Shown: piece after piece, positions 48,399 to 59,700 of the stretch | Layout of the letters: each line of letters opens with the position of its first letter | Numbering within the stretch: the stretch's first letter is position 1 | Assembly: GCA_965240325.2 (NCBI GenBank) | Contig: OZ251222.1 | Coordinates: forward strand, 3,906,001-3,970,000 | DNA: 64,000 nucleotides | DNA from: Rebecca billardiae RCC1528 | Taxonomy: Eukaryota > Protista > Haptophyta | Direction: 5' to 3' | The notes under the pieces: generated by a model | The model's input: only the letters and a program-made list of their open reading frames with translations | Database searches by the model: none | Told to the model about the DNA's origin: nothing | Translations under genes and position numbers: made by a program

Positions 48399-50947
48399 CG
48401 GTGGCGGCGGCGGCGGCGGCGGCGGTGGCGGCGACAATAGCGCTGGGCTCAGCTCAGGTGCCCTGGGCGGGTTTCCAAACATCCCGCTCGACTCACCCTT
48501 CATGTGCCCCCCGTGGCCGGCCGGCGGGATGCCAGACTTCTTTGGCGCCGCCGGCGCGATCGCGCCGTTTCAGATGCCGCCTGGCCTCTTCGGCGCGATG
48601 CAGACGCCCTTCTTCGCGCAGCCGCCGCCCTTCTTCCCGGGCGGCGGCGCGGGGATGGGACTGAGCCCGATGGCGGGCGCCGGCTTCGGCGGCGTGGGCG
48701 CCGGCGAGGGCGACGCCGGCGACGGCGGCGCGGACGGCGGCGCCGGTCCGCCCACGCCAGGCGGCAGCGCCTCGCAGCGCAGTCCAAAAGCGCCAAGCGC
48801 TCACGCAGCGGCAACGCCAAGGAGGAGCCAGGCCTGCGGCGGAACGCGTCGATCGACTCGGGGCTCGGCGACGCGGACGACGGCTGGCAGGGCGGCGGCG
48901 GCGCCGACGCGTCCGCCAAGCCTGCGCACAAGCAGCGCTTTGTGTGGACGGCCGAGCTGCACCGCAGGTGTGCGCTTGCACTCGCTTGCACGCGCTTGCA
49001 CGCGCTTGCACGCGCTTGCACGCGCTTGCACGCGCTTGCACTCGCTTGCACTCGCTTGCACTCGCTTGCACGCGCTTGCACGCGCTTGCACGCGCTTGCA
49101 CGCGCTTGCTCGCGCCCCGGCGGCACCCGCCGCTCCCCGCCGCGCCTCGCTGTCTGGCTCGCACGCGCGCGCGCGCGCTGAGCCGCGCGGCCGCGCGGCG
49201 CGCCCTGCCCGCGCCCGCCCCGCAGGTTTGAGGTGGCGGTGAACTCGCTGGGCATCGAGAACGCCAAGCCGCAGGCGATCTCTCAGCTGATGAACGTCGA
49301 GGGGTGCAACGCGCCCACGCGGCAGAACATCAAGTCGCACCTGCAAAAGTACCGGCTGCTGCTGCAGAAGCGCGCTCGGAACGCCGCGGCTGCTTCTGGT
49401 GGAGACGGGAGTGGCGCGGCCGCCGCGGGCGCGGCCGCCGCCACCGCCGGCGCAGCGGACGCAAAGGGCGGCGAGGCGGCGGCGGCGGCGGCGGCCCCGA
49501 GCACTCCCGCCGCTGCGGCCACGACCGGCGCGGGGGAGGGCGCGGACGCAGCGGCAGCCACCGCCGCCGCCGCCGCTGCCACGGAGAGCGTGGCTGCCGC
49601 CCCCGCAGCGGGCGCGGGAAGGGTGGTCGCCCCGGCCAAGCCGGCGGCCGCGGAGGTGCAGACCCCGGCGGTCAGCGACGCGGCGGGCGACAGCGCGAGC
49701 GGCGCGGGCGCGGACACGACGCAAAAAGCGGCGCAGGACGCGGAGACGGCGGCGCAGATCGAGCGCCACCTGATGCAGCAGGAGCAGAACCTCAAGGTGC
49801 GCGGGGCGCAGCGCGGGGCGCAGCGCGGGGCGCAGCGCGGGGCGCAGCGCGGGGCGCAGCGCGGGGCGCAGCGCGGGGCGCAGCGCGGGGCGCAGCGCGG
49901 GGCGCAGCGCGGGGCGCAGCGCGGGGCGCAGCGCGGGGCGCAGCGCGGGGCGCAGCGCGGGGCGCAGCGCGGGGCGCAGCGCGGGGCGCAGCGCGGGGCG
50001 CAGCGCTCGCCTGTGCGCACGCGCCTGCGCGCCGCCGGCTGCCGGCCGCGCTCACGCGCGCCGTGTGCCAACGCCCTCTGGGTGCGCGCCGCGCGCGCTG
50101 CTGCCGCGCTGCTGCCGCGCTGCTGCCGCTGTGCTGCTGCTCCCTGCTGCGGCTCCCTGCGCGCCATCAGGTGCAAATGGATCTCCAGGCCAAGCTGCAC
50201 CGCCAGCTGCTGATGCAGCGCCAGCTGCAGCACCAGCTCGAGGTCATCTGCCACGGGCAGGAAGAGGGCGGCGACAAGGTGCGCGGGCGCGCGCGCTACG
50301 GCCGCGCCACCGCTCGCGACCGCAGCCGGACGCGTCCGCGCGCGGCTCTGCGCCCGCATCACGCGCCGCGCCCGCCGCGCGCTGCCGGAGCGACGGCTCA
50401 CGCGGCCCGCCCGCGCGCGCCGGCTCGCGCCCGCCGCGCGCAGGTGCTGGCAGAGACGCCGCGCGCGCAGGCGACGCTCGCGCTGCGCAACGACCTGCGC
50501 GCGCAGCTGAGCAAGCAGGTGCACATGCAGCAGCAGATGCTCACACATCTCGACGCGCTCGCGGCGGGCGCGGGCGGCGCGGGCAAAGGCGGCGGCGCGG
50601 CAGCCGGCCGGCCGGCGGAGGGCGCGATGGGCGACGTGGCCGCGGCGAACCTGCACTCGCAGGCCGCCGCCGCCGTCGGCCTCGCCCCGTTCAGCTACGG
50701 CGCGGGCAGCGGCGCGCTCGGCAGCGGCCGCATCGCCGCGCCCGAGCCGCCGACTGACCCGCTCGGCCTGCGCGGCACGGGCGCGGGCACCGACCTGTTC
50801 GCAGACGCGGTCGCCGCAGCGGGAGGGGTCGGCGGCGGCGAGACGGCGACGGGGGTCAAGGGCGAGGCCCTCGACGACCTCGAGCTCGTGGCAGGGCTCG
50901 ACATGCTGCCACCCGACCCGAACGCGGCGCCCGCCATCGCGCCCTGA
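48055..50947 (+). CDS. GARP/MYB-CC (PHR1/PSR1-type) transcription factor
   Basis: KQRFVWTAELHRRFEVAVNSLG...AKP...IKSHLQKYRL and coiled coil QMDLQAKLHRQLLMQRQLQHQLE. Introns 48968-49225, 49797-50170, 50279-50443. A frame change near 48746-48779 needs a 32-nt intron or a 1-nt indel. Confidence 0.85.
48972..49109 (+). repeat. Intronic 10-bp minisatellite (C[G/T]CGCTTGCA)~14
   Basis: Directly visible. Begins 4 nt after the first intron base (donor G at 48968). Confidence 0.95.
49799..50006 (+). repeat. Intronic 12-bp minisatellite (GCGCGGGGCGCA)~17
   Basis: Perfect repeat beginning immediately after the GT donor at 49797. Confidence 0.95.
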
Positions 50948-52168
50948 TGCCGGGCGCGCCTAGGCGCACGCCGGGGGCACCGGGGGGCGCGCGCCCTCGC
51001 CACTCCCGCGTGCGTCGTGACTCCTGGTCGGGGTGCGCCCTCGGGCGGCGCTCCGCAGCCTGCACCGTGCATGGATGGCTGCCCCCCATCCGACCCGGGC
51101 ATCGGACACTCGCGCTGCTGCTGTGCCTTGGCCATGCTCATCATCGGCCGCTTCGGGCTCCGGCTGGGCCCGGTGGCATCGAGGGACCGAGCCGCTCACT
51201 GCCATCGTCCTCGACGATGCGGCAGTGATCGTCGCGATCATCGGCGACAGCGACGCCGAGTCACGACGACGATAGCATCGTGCGGCGTCGATACCACCTG
51301 CACTTCCTCGACCACGCGGTGCGCTCCCATCGGATCTTTCATCACGCGGAGTTTCACGGACTACGGAGGTGCTGCGACTACGGCTCAGAGCCGTCGGAGG
51401 TGCCGGTCCGCGGTCGCGCTTGCCGCTTCCCCGGAGTCCGGTCGCCGTCGCTGTCGTCGGCGCCTCTTTTCATCAATATTTCATCATCTGACATCGCAGT
51501 CGCCAATCGGCGGTCCGTGGCCGACGCCGACGCGGGCGACGGTGTCCGTGCCCTAGCCCTAGGCCTAGCTAGCTAGGCTTCGTCACACAATCACACTCAC
51601 AGCGTATCAACGGTATGAGTAGTGATGTAGATAACCCTAGTTTAAGTGGCACCAGCCCCAGGGGCAGGATGAGTACAGGCAATCGCGGGCAATAAGAAGT
51701 CAGAGATCTCACGGCTAGCCTCGGTTTCTTAGCCGTTCGGTAGCCCGAGCGCCTACGGAGTCTCAGTTTCTTAGCTAGGTCCGCCCGCCGCGCAGGCGCG
51801 GGGGGCGCAGGGGGGCAGAGCCCCCCGCTGAGTCTTTAGGCCCGGCCGGCGAGGCCGACGAAAATTTTGGGCCTTTTTGGAGCAAATCTGGCATGATGTT
51901 GCATGGATGCTGCGGTGCACTGGCCAGGAGTCAGTCATCAGGAGAAGTCGGGACTTGGCCTGTACTCGTAGTCGGGCCGCGCGCCGCGTCCCCGACGGGC
52001 CGACTGCGCCTCGCCGCCCTCGCCCCTCGGCGGACCACTCGTCAGCCGGGACGACGTAGTCCCGGTTTCTTAGTGTGACTATGCGTATAGCGAACCAGCC
52101 AATCGCTAGCCTCAGTTTCTAGGCCAGATCCGCAGATAGCAAGCCCCAGTTTCTTAACGTGACAGCTC

Positions 52169-54569
52169 GTAGGGGGTCCATGACAGCAGCCCACTGAATT
52201 GTGATTTTCGACAACCATGCGATTTAGGTATCTGACGAGCGTGGCGCTTGCGGAGGCACCCACAAATATGTCCTGGAACCCAGCCCAGCCGTCAGAAGCA
52301 CCCAAAACCGACTCCGCGCGTCGTCGCGCGGTCGTGCGCGCACGCCAGCTGCGCCACTGTGTCACATACAGATTCAGCCAAACGTCAACGACTTGTTATG
52401 GCGGCTAAATGACGGTATGTCGTCGGACTTACTTATTCATAACCGTTGCAACCCGCCCCAACAAAATTAAGGTGGACTTGCTAAATTTTAGTAGGCACGA
52501 TGAGTGCGCGTAGAGGTCGGTGAAAAACTACTCCAAGATCGAGCATGTTACCCACTTAATTAGAGACATGTACCCGTATATATGCACTTACCCACTCGTT
52601 TATTATACAATGCGGGTGGGGTTTAAATATATATTCAGGGTGGTGTCAATATGGGGGTACCTTGTTCACTATTCGTGCGCTGGGTCATCCGAATAGGCCG
52701 CGCCGCCGCGCGGAGTGACGGCGGGCTCATGCCACCGTCAAACCGTCCCGCAGCAGGCCCGGACGGACCTGATGCGGGCGGCGGGCTGCGTGCCGAAGCA
52801 CACTACCAAGCGCACCTCTGAGCATGCCACCATCCCCATAGTCGTGAAGGAGTCCTCCGCCATCGACGCTTGCGTGCGCAGACTAGCAGTCATCGCCGCC
52901 GCAGAGCTTGCCGCGGCCGTTCGGCGACTTCCGTGCCCGTGCTCTGTGTCACCGGCGTCGTCGCCGTTCGTCGTACCCCAGCCCACGCGAGGCCGTCACC
53001 GGTCCACCGGTACTGCGGCGGACTGCGCGCGCTTCGCCGCGCGCTCGCCCTCGAGCTCCGCCGCTCTCCTCTCGCGCTCGAACTGGACGCAGTCGGCAGC
53101 CATAGCAGCCCGCTCGGCCGCAGCGCGATCTGTGCCCCCCCGCGCGCTGCGCTCGGTTGCGTCGGCGCGCAAGCTGGCGCGCGCAGCGTCGGCGACGGCG
53201 CGCGCGGTCGCCTTGCGCGACGAGTCCAGCTCCACCTGCTGCTCCGTCAGGCGCACCTGCTGCTCCAAGATGACCGCGTGCTCAGCAGGAGTCACGCGCT
53301 GCTCGTGCAGCGGCACCTGCACGCGGCCTGCTGCGGACGCGCGCGGCGCGCCGGCGTCGGGGGGCGAGTAGAGGTCGCGGAAGGGGCAGCTGTCGTCGCC
53401 GGCGCCCAGCGACGTGTCGTCGGCATCCAGCTCCGCCTTCCTCTCCGCCGCCGACGCGCCCTGCTTCCGGCTCAGGATGCGCTCCATGTCCTTGTTCTTG
53501 CCCTTCCACCACCTGTGCACGGTCATCAGCCAGATGCCGATCACCTCCAGCAGCGGCGAGTCGTGGCGCGCCGAGATGCCGAGCGCATCCGCGCAGACGA
53601 GCGCGAGCGCATTGGGCTTCTTCGTCCCACCGTCGCGCGCGGTCTGGGCGCACGCCGGGGTGAACACTCTGACCAACGGCTTGTGCTTCTTCAAGTTCTC
53701 GAGCATGAGGTCCATGAGCGTGCGGAGGAGGTCGAGGAGCATGAAGTTGAGCACCGATGCGTACCGCGGGCGAAAGCCGGCCACGGGCCGACCGGCCAAG
53801 GGCTGCAGCACGTGGATGGCGCGCGCCGCCACCGCCGTCTCCTCGAGCTGCTGCGCGCTGACGTTGACGTCAGGCCGTAGCTCGGGCCTGCACGGTTGCA
53901 CACAGCCGAGGCCGTCCACGGAGGAGGCGAGCCCCTCGGCGGTGCCAGCGGGGACCTCGGGCGGGTCGCACACATCCATGGGCACGCGTGCATCATCATC
54001 TGCCGCGCCCTGGACCTCGTCATGCCCGGCACAGCGGTCCGCAAGTTGGTCGGCGGTAGCTGGCCCTTGCAGCAGAGGCGTCGCGGGCACGTGCGAGGGC
54101 GAGAAGGCAGCGTCGGGTGGGGAAGGAGACAGCGTCGAGTCGTTGCCGATGCCTATCCCACCGCGTTGCGCATGTTCGTCTCCGCGTTGCTCGCCTGTAC
54201 GTGCTCCTAGGACGCGCTCCTTGGTCGCGGGCAGCACACGTTGAGCACGCAGATTCAAATCATGAAGCACGAGCGTCGACCGGCCAGCGACTCCCAGCGA
54301 GAGCCCGGTCCACACGAAGCATGGCTACCTGTCCGCAGCCGCCCAGCCGCTCGGCGAGGCGCCTGCGCCGAGGTGGGCGCGCCCAACGGCGAGCGGACGG
54401 CCGTCGACGAGGGCCATCAGCCTCGCCGACCCCGTTCAGAGCTCCGCTCCCGCGCCGGGGCCAGCCGAGCGCGGATTTGGAATCTGCCGATCGCGAAAAC
54501 ACGCCGAACAAGTTCTGAAAAGGAAAAGAAAAGAAATCAAAAATCAATTTAATCTGATGGACCCCCTAC
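52169..54569. mobile_element. Nested 2401-bp element with 13-bp TIRs GTAGGGGGTCCAT
   Basis: TIRs at 52169-52181 and 54557-54569. The whole segment is absent from the MITE copy at 22594-23116. Confidence 0.85.
52738..54315 (-). pseudogene. Element-borne ORF of unknown function with in-frame stop at 52996
   Basis: 439-codon open frame (first in-frame ATG at ~53979) with a helical core (LDLLRTLMDLMLENLKK...TVHRWWKGK) and a coiled coil. The same frame stays open past the TGA to 52738. No DDE motif recognised. Confidence 0.5.
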
Positions 54570-54626
54570 CTTATTGCCCGCGATTGCCTGTACTCAGACC
54601 TATAGCTAAGCAGTAGTGATCGATCA

Positions 54627-54690
54627 GAATAATAATAATAATAATAATAATATATTTTAATATGATATAATAATAGTAATAGTAAATAAT
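54627..54690. repeat. (AAT)n-rich low-complexity tract between adjacent elements
   Basis: Directly visible. Confidence 0.85.
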
Positions 54691-56652
54691 GGCGCACGGC
54701 CCCCCCGAAAGGTCTGAGCGTCGGAGCGAAAGCCGGGGGCCGGGGGCGGCGCACGTGCTCCGCAAAATCAAAAAAGATAATGGCGCGCGTGATGCTGGCG
54801 GTGTCGGGATTTTGTACTTGTAGCAGGGGGAGAGCTGCTAGTGAATGGCATTAGTCAACCCGCCCCTTGATGACGGCTTGATTGCGTTCGTACTATCCTG
54901 GATTCCCCTGCTCGTATTAATCTCTTTCTGCAGGCATAGATACTAATAGGACAATTCCCTCGCTGAATAGCACAAATGGCCCGTTGGCCTTCTTGAATCT
55001 TGGCCCAATGCGGGTGGGATTCGACATATCTATCTGCGAGGATTAACAGCTCTCTGAAAACGAGTGTGTCCTGGACAACTTGAAAGGGCAGCGACCGGCT
55101 TTGATTCTGCCTCTTGTAGTAAAGTTTTATGGTACGAGTTAACGAACCGTCACTTCTGGGCTCTCTGCCTATCTCATCTCTGTCCGTTTTTGGACTGTTG
55201 TCGCCTTAATCACGTACATATGCAAGTGCAAAGCATAAAGAGGTGGGTACGCAATACACACGAAATGACTACATCAGATAGTACGGGGTTCAGGGTGCTT
55301 CGCTAAACTCGTGAGTGCGCAGCAGTGCTCACAGAGGCTGACGAAGACTCGAAAGGGTCACGAGGGGAGGCGGCCCGACCTTCGCCGGGCCGCTCGCGCC
55401 GGGCGCTCCTGCGGCCGTCGTGAGGTCGGGTTGCGGAGGCGGCGCGGGGCTTGAGCCGTCGCAGAGCCTCCCGGCGCTCCTCGCTGCGCCGCGCGCCCGG
55501 GCGCGCCGTCGCAGCTGCGCACGCATGAGCGCGCGCTCCGAGTCCGACTCCGAGCCGTGTGGGACGGGGGAGACTGACAAGTGACCCCTTGCCCTCCTCG
55601 CGCCGCGCATCGCGGATCGCCGCCCACGCGCATCGCCGCTCACACGCGCAGGCACTACCATTTGCATTGCCCTCCTCGCGCCACGCAACGCCGCCCACGC
55701 GCATCGTCGCTCGCACGCGCAGGCCTTCCTTCCGCGCGCGTCGGCCGACTGGGCTCCGGGCTGGCCCGCTGATGCCGGGCCATCGCCGAGACTTGACTGA
55801 AGCGTGGGAGGGCTCATTCGGTGGACGTAGCGGTGATGGCTCAGGGGTGGACTCGGTGCCGGCAAAGGGGGTGACAAGTATGGTACGTGTCCGTGAGTCT
55901 GACCGTGGTCTGGGCTTGGCGATGCGCGCGGCTGCGGTGGGTCCTAACGGCCGTCGGCATCGCATTCGTGCCTCTTTCCCCCCTTGCGCCCCGCCCCGGT
56001 GCCGACCCGCGTCCACGCGCGTCGGCGCGCCCGTCGCGCAGTTTATTTGTGCAAGCTCTTGGCGGCTGCTGCTGCAACTACGAGTCGCTCGCAGACGGCA
56101 GAGGTGATGCTGCTGGCGGCCAGAGGGCGATACGATGCCGTGTCTTTGACTGGGCTGTGCCGACCCATCACGGCCACGCGCGCGGTGCGCGGTAACCCGA
56201 CTGCTCAGCCGCATCACCCAGCGCAGCTTCGCCCGCGACGACGGCTTCGCCTGGCTACCACTGCTCATCAGCCGCGTGCCCGGCTTCGGCTCGGCGGGCG
56301 TCCGCAGGTTCGGCCGAGCACGGCTGCAGCGCAGCACGCGAGACCTCGGCTGGAGCGGCCGGCTGTGACGCGGATGGCGGAGGCGGGCTTTGGGCTCGGG
56401 CTGCCCATGAGCCACCACGGGCTGTACCGTCTGCGCAGATCGCGCTCGGCCCGGCCGCAGCCCTCCTGAGCGCGCGCCTCAGAGCTGAGACTGATCACGG
56501 GCAGGCGCACGAGCGACACTGCCGTGCGGCTGTGTCGAGCCGCCGCGTGTGCTCGCAGGCGCGGCGCTCGCATGGGCTCAACGCGGGCGCAGCGGGTGCG
56601 CGCAGCTGGCGCACGCAGCCACGCGCGGAACTAGCTAGGCGGGCCGTGCGCC
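54691..56652. mobile_element. ~2.0-kb non-autonomous element with 12-bp TIRs GGCGCACGGCCC
   Basis: TIRs at 54691-54702 and 56641-56652. The left subterminal region resembles the 60203/2188 ends. Internal ~78-bp duplication at ~55590-55735. No clear TSD. Confidence 0.65.
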
Positions 56653-56777
56653 TTCAACTTCGTTGTTTACTACCCGAAGAGTGGGCGAAGATCGGCGTAG
56701 CCTGATCATAGTATTGTGCGCGCGCATATATATATGACCGCGTTCCGCGGTCCTTCCGTAGAACCAACGTAGTTAGA

Positions 56778-59700
56778 GGCCCGCGGTGCACCCTCCGTCG
56801 GCTGCTGTCTCAGTCTGGCATGTGTAACAGTTCGCCTGAGCTGCCAACTCAGTTGCCGCGCGGGTTGCCGCCGACCGGGGCCGGGCCGGCGGGCCGTGAG
56901 CGGGTCTGTCGCCGATAGCCCGAGTCCGCCGACCGCATGAATGAACGTCATGAGGCTCCGGCTCGCAGCGGCACGTCGGCTTGCCTGCAACTCGGCGGCC
57001 GATGCCGCCCGGGGGCGCACGCCCACACTGGCTGGCTAGTCCTCCAGCCCGAGGTTGCGAGGTGTCGCCTCAAGACACCGCCGCACGAAGAACGGTCTGG
57101 TAAACCGGCGGGCGGCTGTGGGAACAGACAGATGCCAAACATCCCGTTGCCGCCACCCGGCAGAGCGAGCTGCTGCTGCGGCCAGACGATGGTGGGCAGG
57201 GGTGGCTGAGCAGGCTGCTGCGCGCGCGACTCGTTTGCGTCGAGCTGCCGGATGATCGCCTGCTCGTCGACCGGCCTTGAAACGCTCGACTCCTCACGGC
57301 TCGTGTCGACGCCGAGCGTGAGACCGCGCCGCGAGCTGCGCGAGAAGCTCTTGGCAGCAGGGATTTGCTGGTCGGGCGGCGTGGACTCGGCAGACTCGTG
57401 CTGCACCGGCGTTGCCGATGTCGACCGGCCGTCGGGAGAGCGAGCGCATTGGTGAAGAGCGCACGGCCACTCCACCTGGTCGTCAGGGATTGCAAGCATG
57501 GCTGCGTCGAGTACAGGGTCACGGAACTCGTCGACCCGCTCGTACTCCTCTATCGCTGCCACGAGGAGCGCGGCCTCTTCTGCCGTCACGGGGAACTCGT
57601 CGACGTTGCCCATCTGTTCGGCACTCTGTTCGAGCATGGCGTCCCGGCTCAAGGGCCAACGGACTTTTGCTGCCGACGACGATCATCATCGTCGTAAAGT
57701 ATATGCTGCTTTTGATTGGAGGGCGCGCGGGTCAGATGTTTTTATAGAGATATATTGCTATTGAGCTTGAGAAGTTTATTATATCGTCGTTCATAAGTGG
57801 TCGTTCGCGAACGAACCTGGCCGGCCTCATCATTAACTAGTATCTTTCAGTATTACCCCCATAGGGGGTAAAAGGCGAGGGTGTGAATAAAGACCAAGCA
57901 GCAACGGGCCATGATTGCGCGACGAAACTTAACGCACGAACGATTAGGAGGAGCGCGTGCGCAAAGTCAGTATCTTTCAGTATTAGGGGGTAAAAGGCGC
58001 GGGTGTGAAAGACCGAACAACAATAAATCACTGATTACCCCCATACCCCCATGTTGCGACAAAACAGAAAACTTAACGCACGTCGTACGATTAGGACGAC
58101 GGGCACATGAGGCACAAAGTCAGTTTCCGTACCGTTCATGATATTCGATTGAAGGGCGCGCAGTCATAAAGATTCTATAGATGATGAGATTATTGCTATT
58201 GAGCTTGATCGAAGGATCGTTAGAACTGTTTATTTAACCGCTTTCAATATGGCTCAGGCGGCGAGTCTGTCTTAGGACATATGTAGCTACTGACTTCCTG
58301 ACTGAGTTCGCGAGTCATCGCCAAGCTTCAGCGTTGCCGTTCGCCTGAGCTGAGGGCCTGAGCAGTCGGAGCTGCTGCCACCGCGCCTACGGTAACTAAT
58401 CTAACTCGATGATGCGCGCAGCCGCCGCCGCAGCGCGTAAAGTGTGCCGCTGATGGGCACCTCCTCGTCTGCGCACGGGGCCGTCTCCTCATCCACTGAG
58501 TGCACGGCCTGCGCGGCGGCGGCGGCGGCGCGCACCGCCGGCCCGGGGGCCGACGCTGCCCGACGCACGCGCCCGGCGGGCCGAGATTAATTAGTCCGGC
58601 CTCGTCGGCTCCGTGGCGAGCCCGCGGGGCGGACGAGCGGACTGCTGCGCACCGCAGCAGGAGCAGCGCGCGGCGCGCAGCGCTCCGCGCGCAGCAGGGC
58701 CGTCTCCTCGTCCACCGAGTGCACTGCCTGCGCGGCGGCGGCGCCCGGCGGCGGCGTGCGCCCGGCCGGGGGGACGGGCACGCGCCGCGGGCCGAGATTA
58801 GTCCGGCCGCCGAGCCGCGGTGGCGGCGTCGGCGTGCGCGCCGGGCGAGGTGGGCGAGCTCGCGCGACCCCGGGGCTCATTCCGCCTATTGATCGCCTTG
58901 CATCTCTCATCAGATCATCTCCAAGCAAGCCGACGAACGAAGTAGTTCGCGCAAAGACTCGGACAGACGGCACCACGAGCACCGTACGGCCAGTCTTCGC
59001 GCAGGAGCGCCGTATGCGTAGCAGTGGGTGCGGAACGTGGCGCTCGACTCCAGCTCGGCGTCCGAGTCCTGCATCTGCTCCTGCATCAGCATCTCCCACC
59101 CTGCGCGCGGGCGCGGACGGAGTCGCAACGCTGTCTGCGAGTCGACGATCGATCGAGGCGCGGCGCCGACGGCGTCGACGTGCAGGCAGTAGTCAGCTAG
59201 CGGTATGGTGCCGGCGCTTCCCGCAGGCGTTGCGCGCTTGGGGTGAGTGGGGCGCGTGGGCGAGACCAGCAGCCAGCCAGCCCACGCCACCGGCGCGAGG
59301 GCACCGGCGCGGCGCGCACGCACACTTTCGGCCGCGGTGACCTCAGGTCGCGCGGGGCCGCCGCGCGGCTGCGTGACCGGCAGCTGTGAGTGAGCTGATC
59401 GAGTGAGCAAGCCGAATGCGCGTCCGGAGGTACCTGCAGGCGCGCTCGGGGAGGGCGGAAGGCGATAGGGCGAGACCAGCGGCCGGCCGGCACCCGTGGC
59501 GCACTCGGTGCGCGCCTTTGCACGGCACTTCCTCGCCCGCCCAGCGCCCTCGGGCCTCCCGCAACGCTGGCGGGCGGGTAACCTGTTTTCCGGCAACTCA
59601 CAAGCGCCTCTCTCTTCATCACAGGCACGGGATGACGGGAGGTTCATCCATCGAGGCAAGCGGGTAACTGGCTTTAAATAGCGCTATTCAAAAGAATCTC

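Larger units (their letters stand above)
51676..54590 (+). mobile_element. Tc1/mariner-type MITE carrying a nested 2.4-kb insert
   Basis: Perfect 21-bp TIRs CAGGCAATCGCGGGCAATAAG (51676-51696 and 54570-54590). TA duplication within the palindromic site GAG-TA-CTC. Confidence 0.92.

Noticed and set aside
49797-50006. (RGAQ)n, (PRCA)n and, at 48972-49109, (ARACTRLH)n repeat proteins
   Set aside because: Both repeats lie in introns whose removal restores the MYB and coiled-coil motifs.
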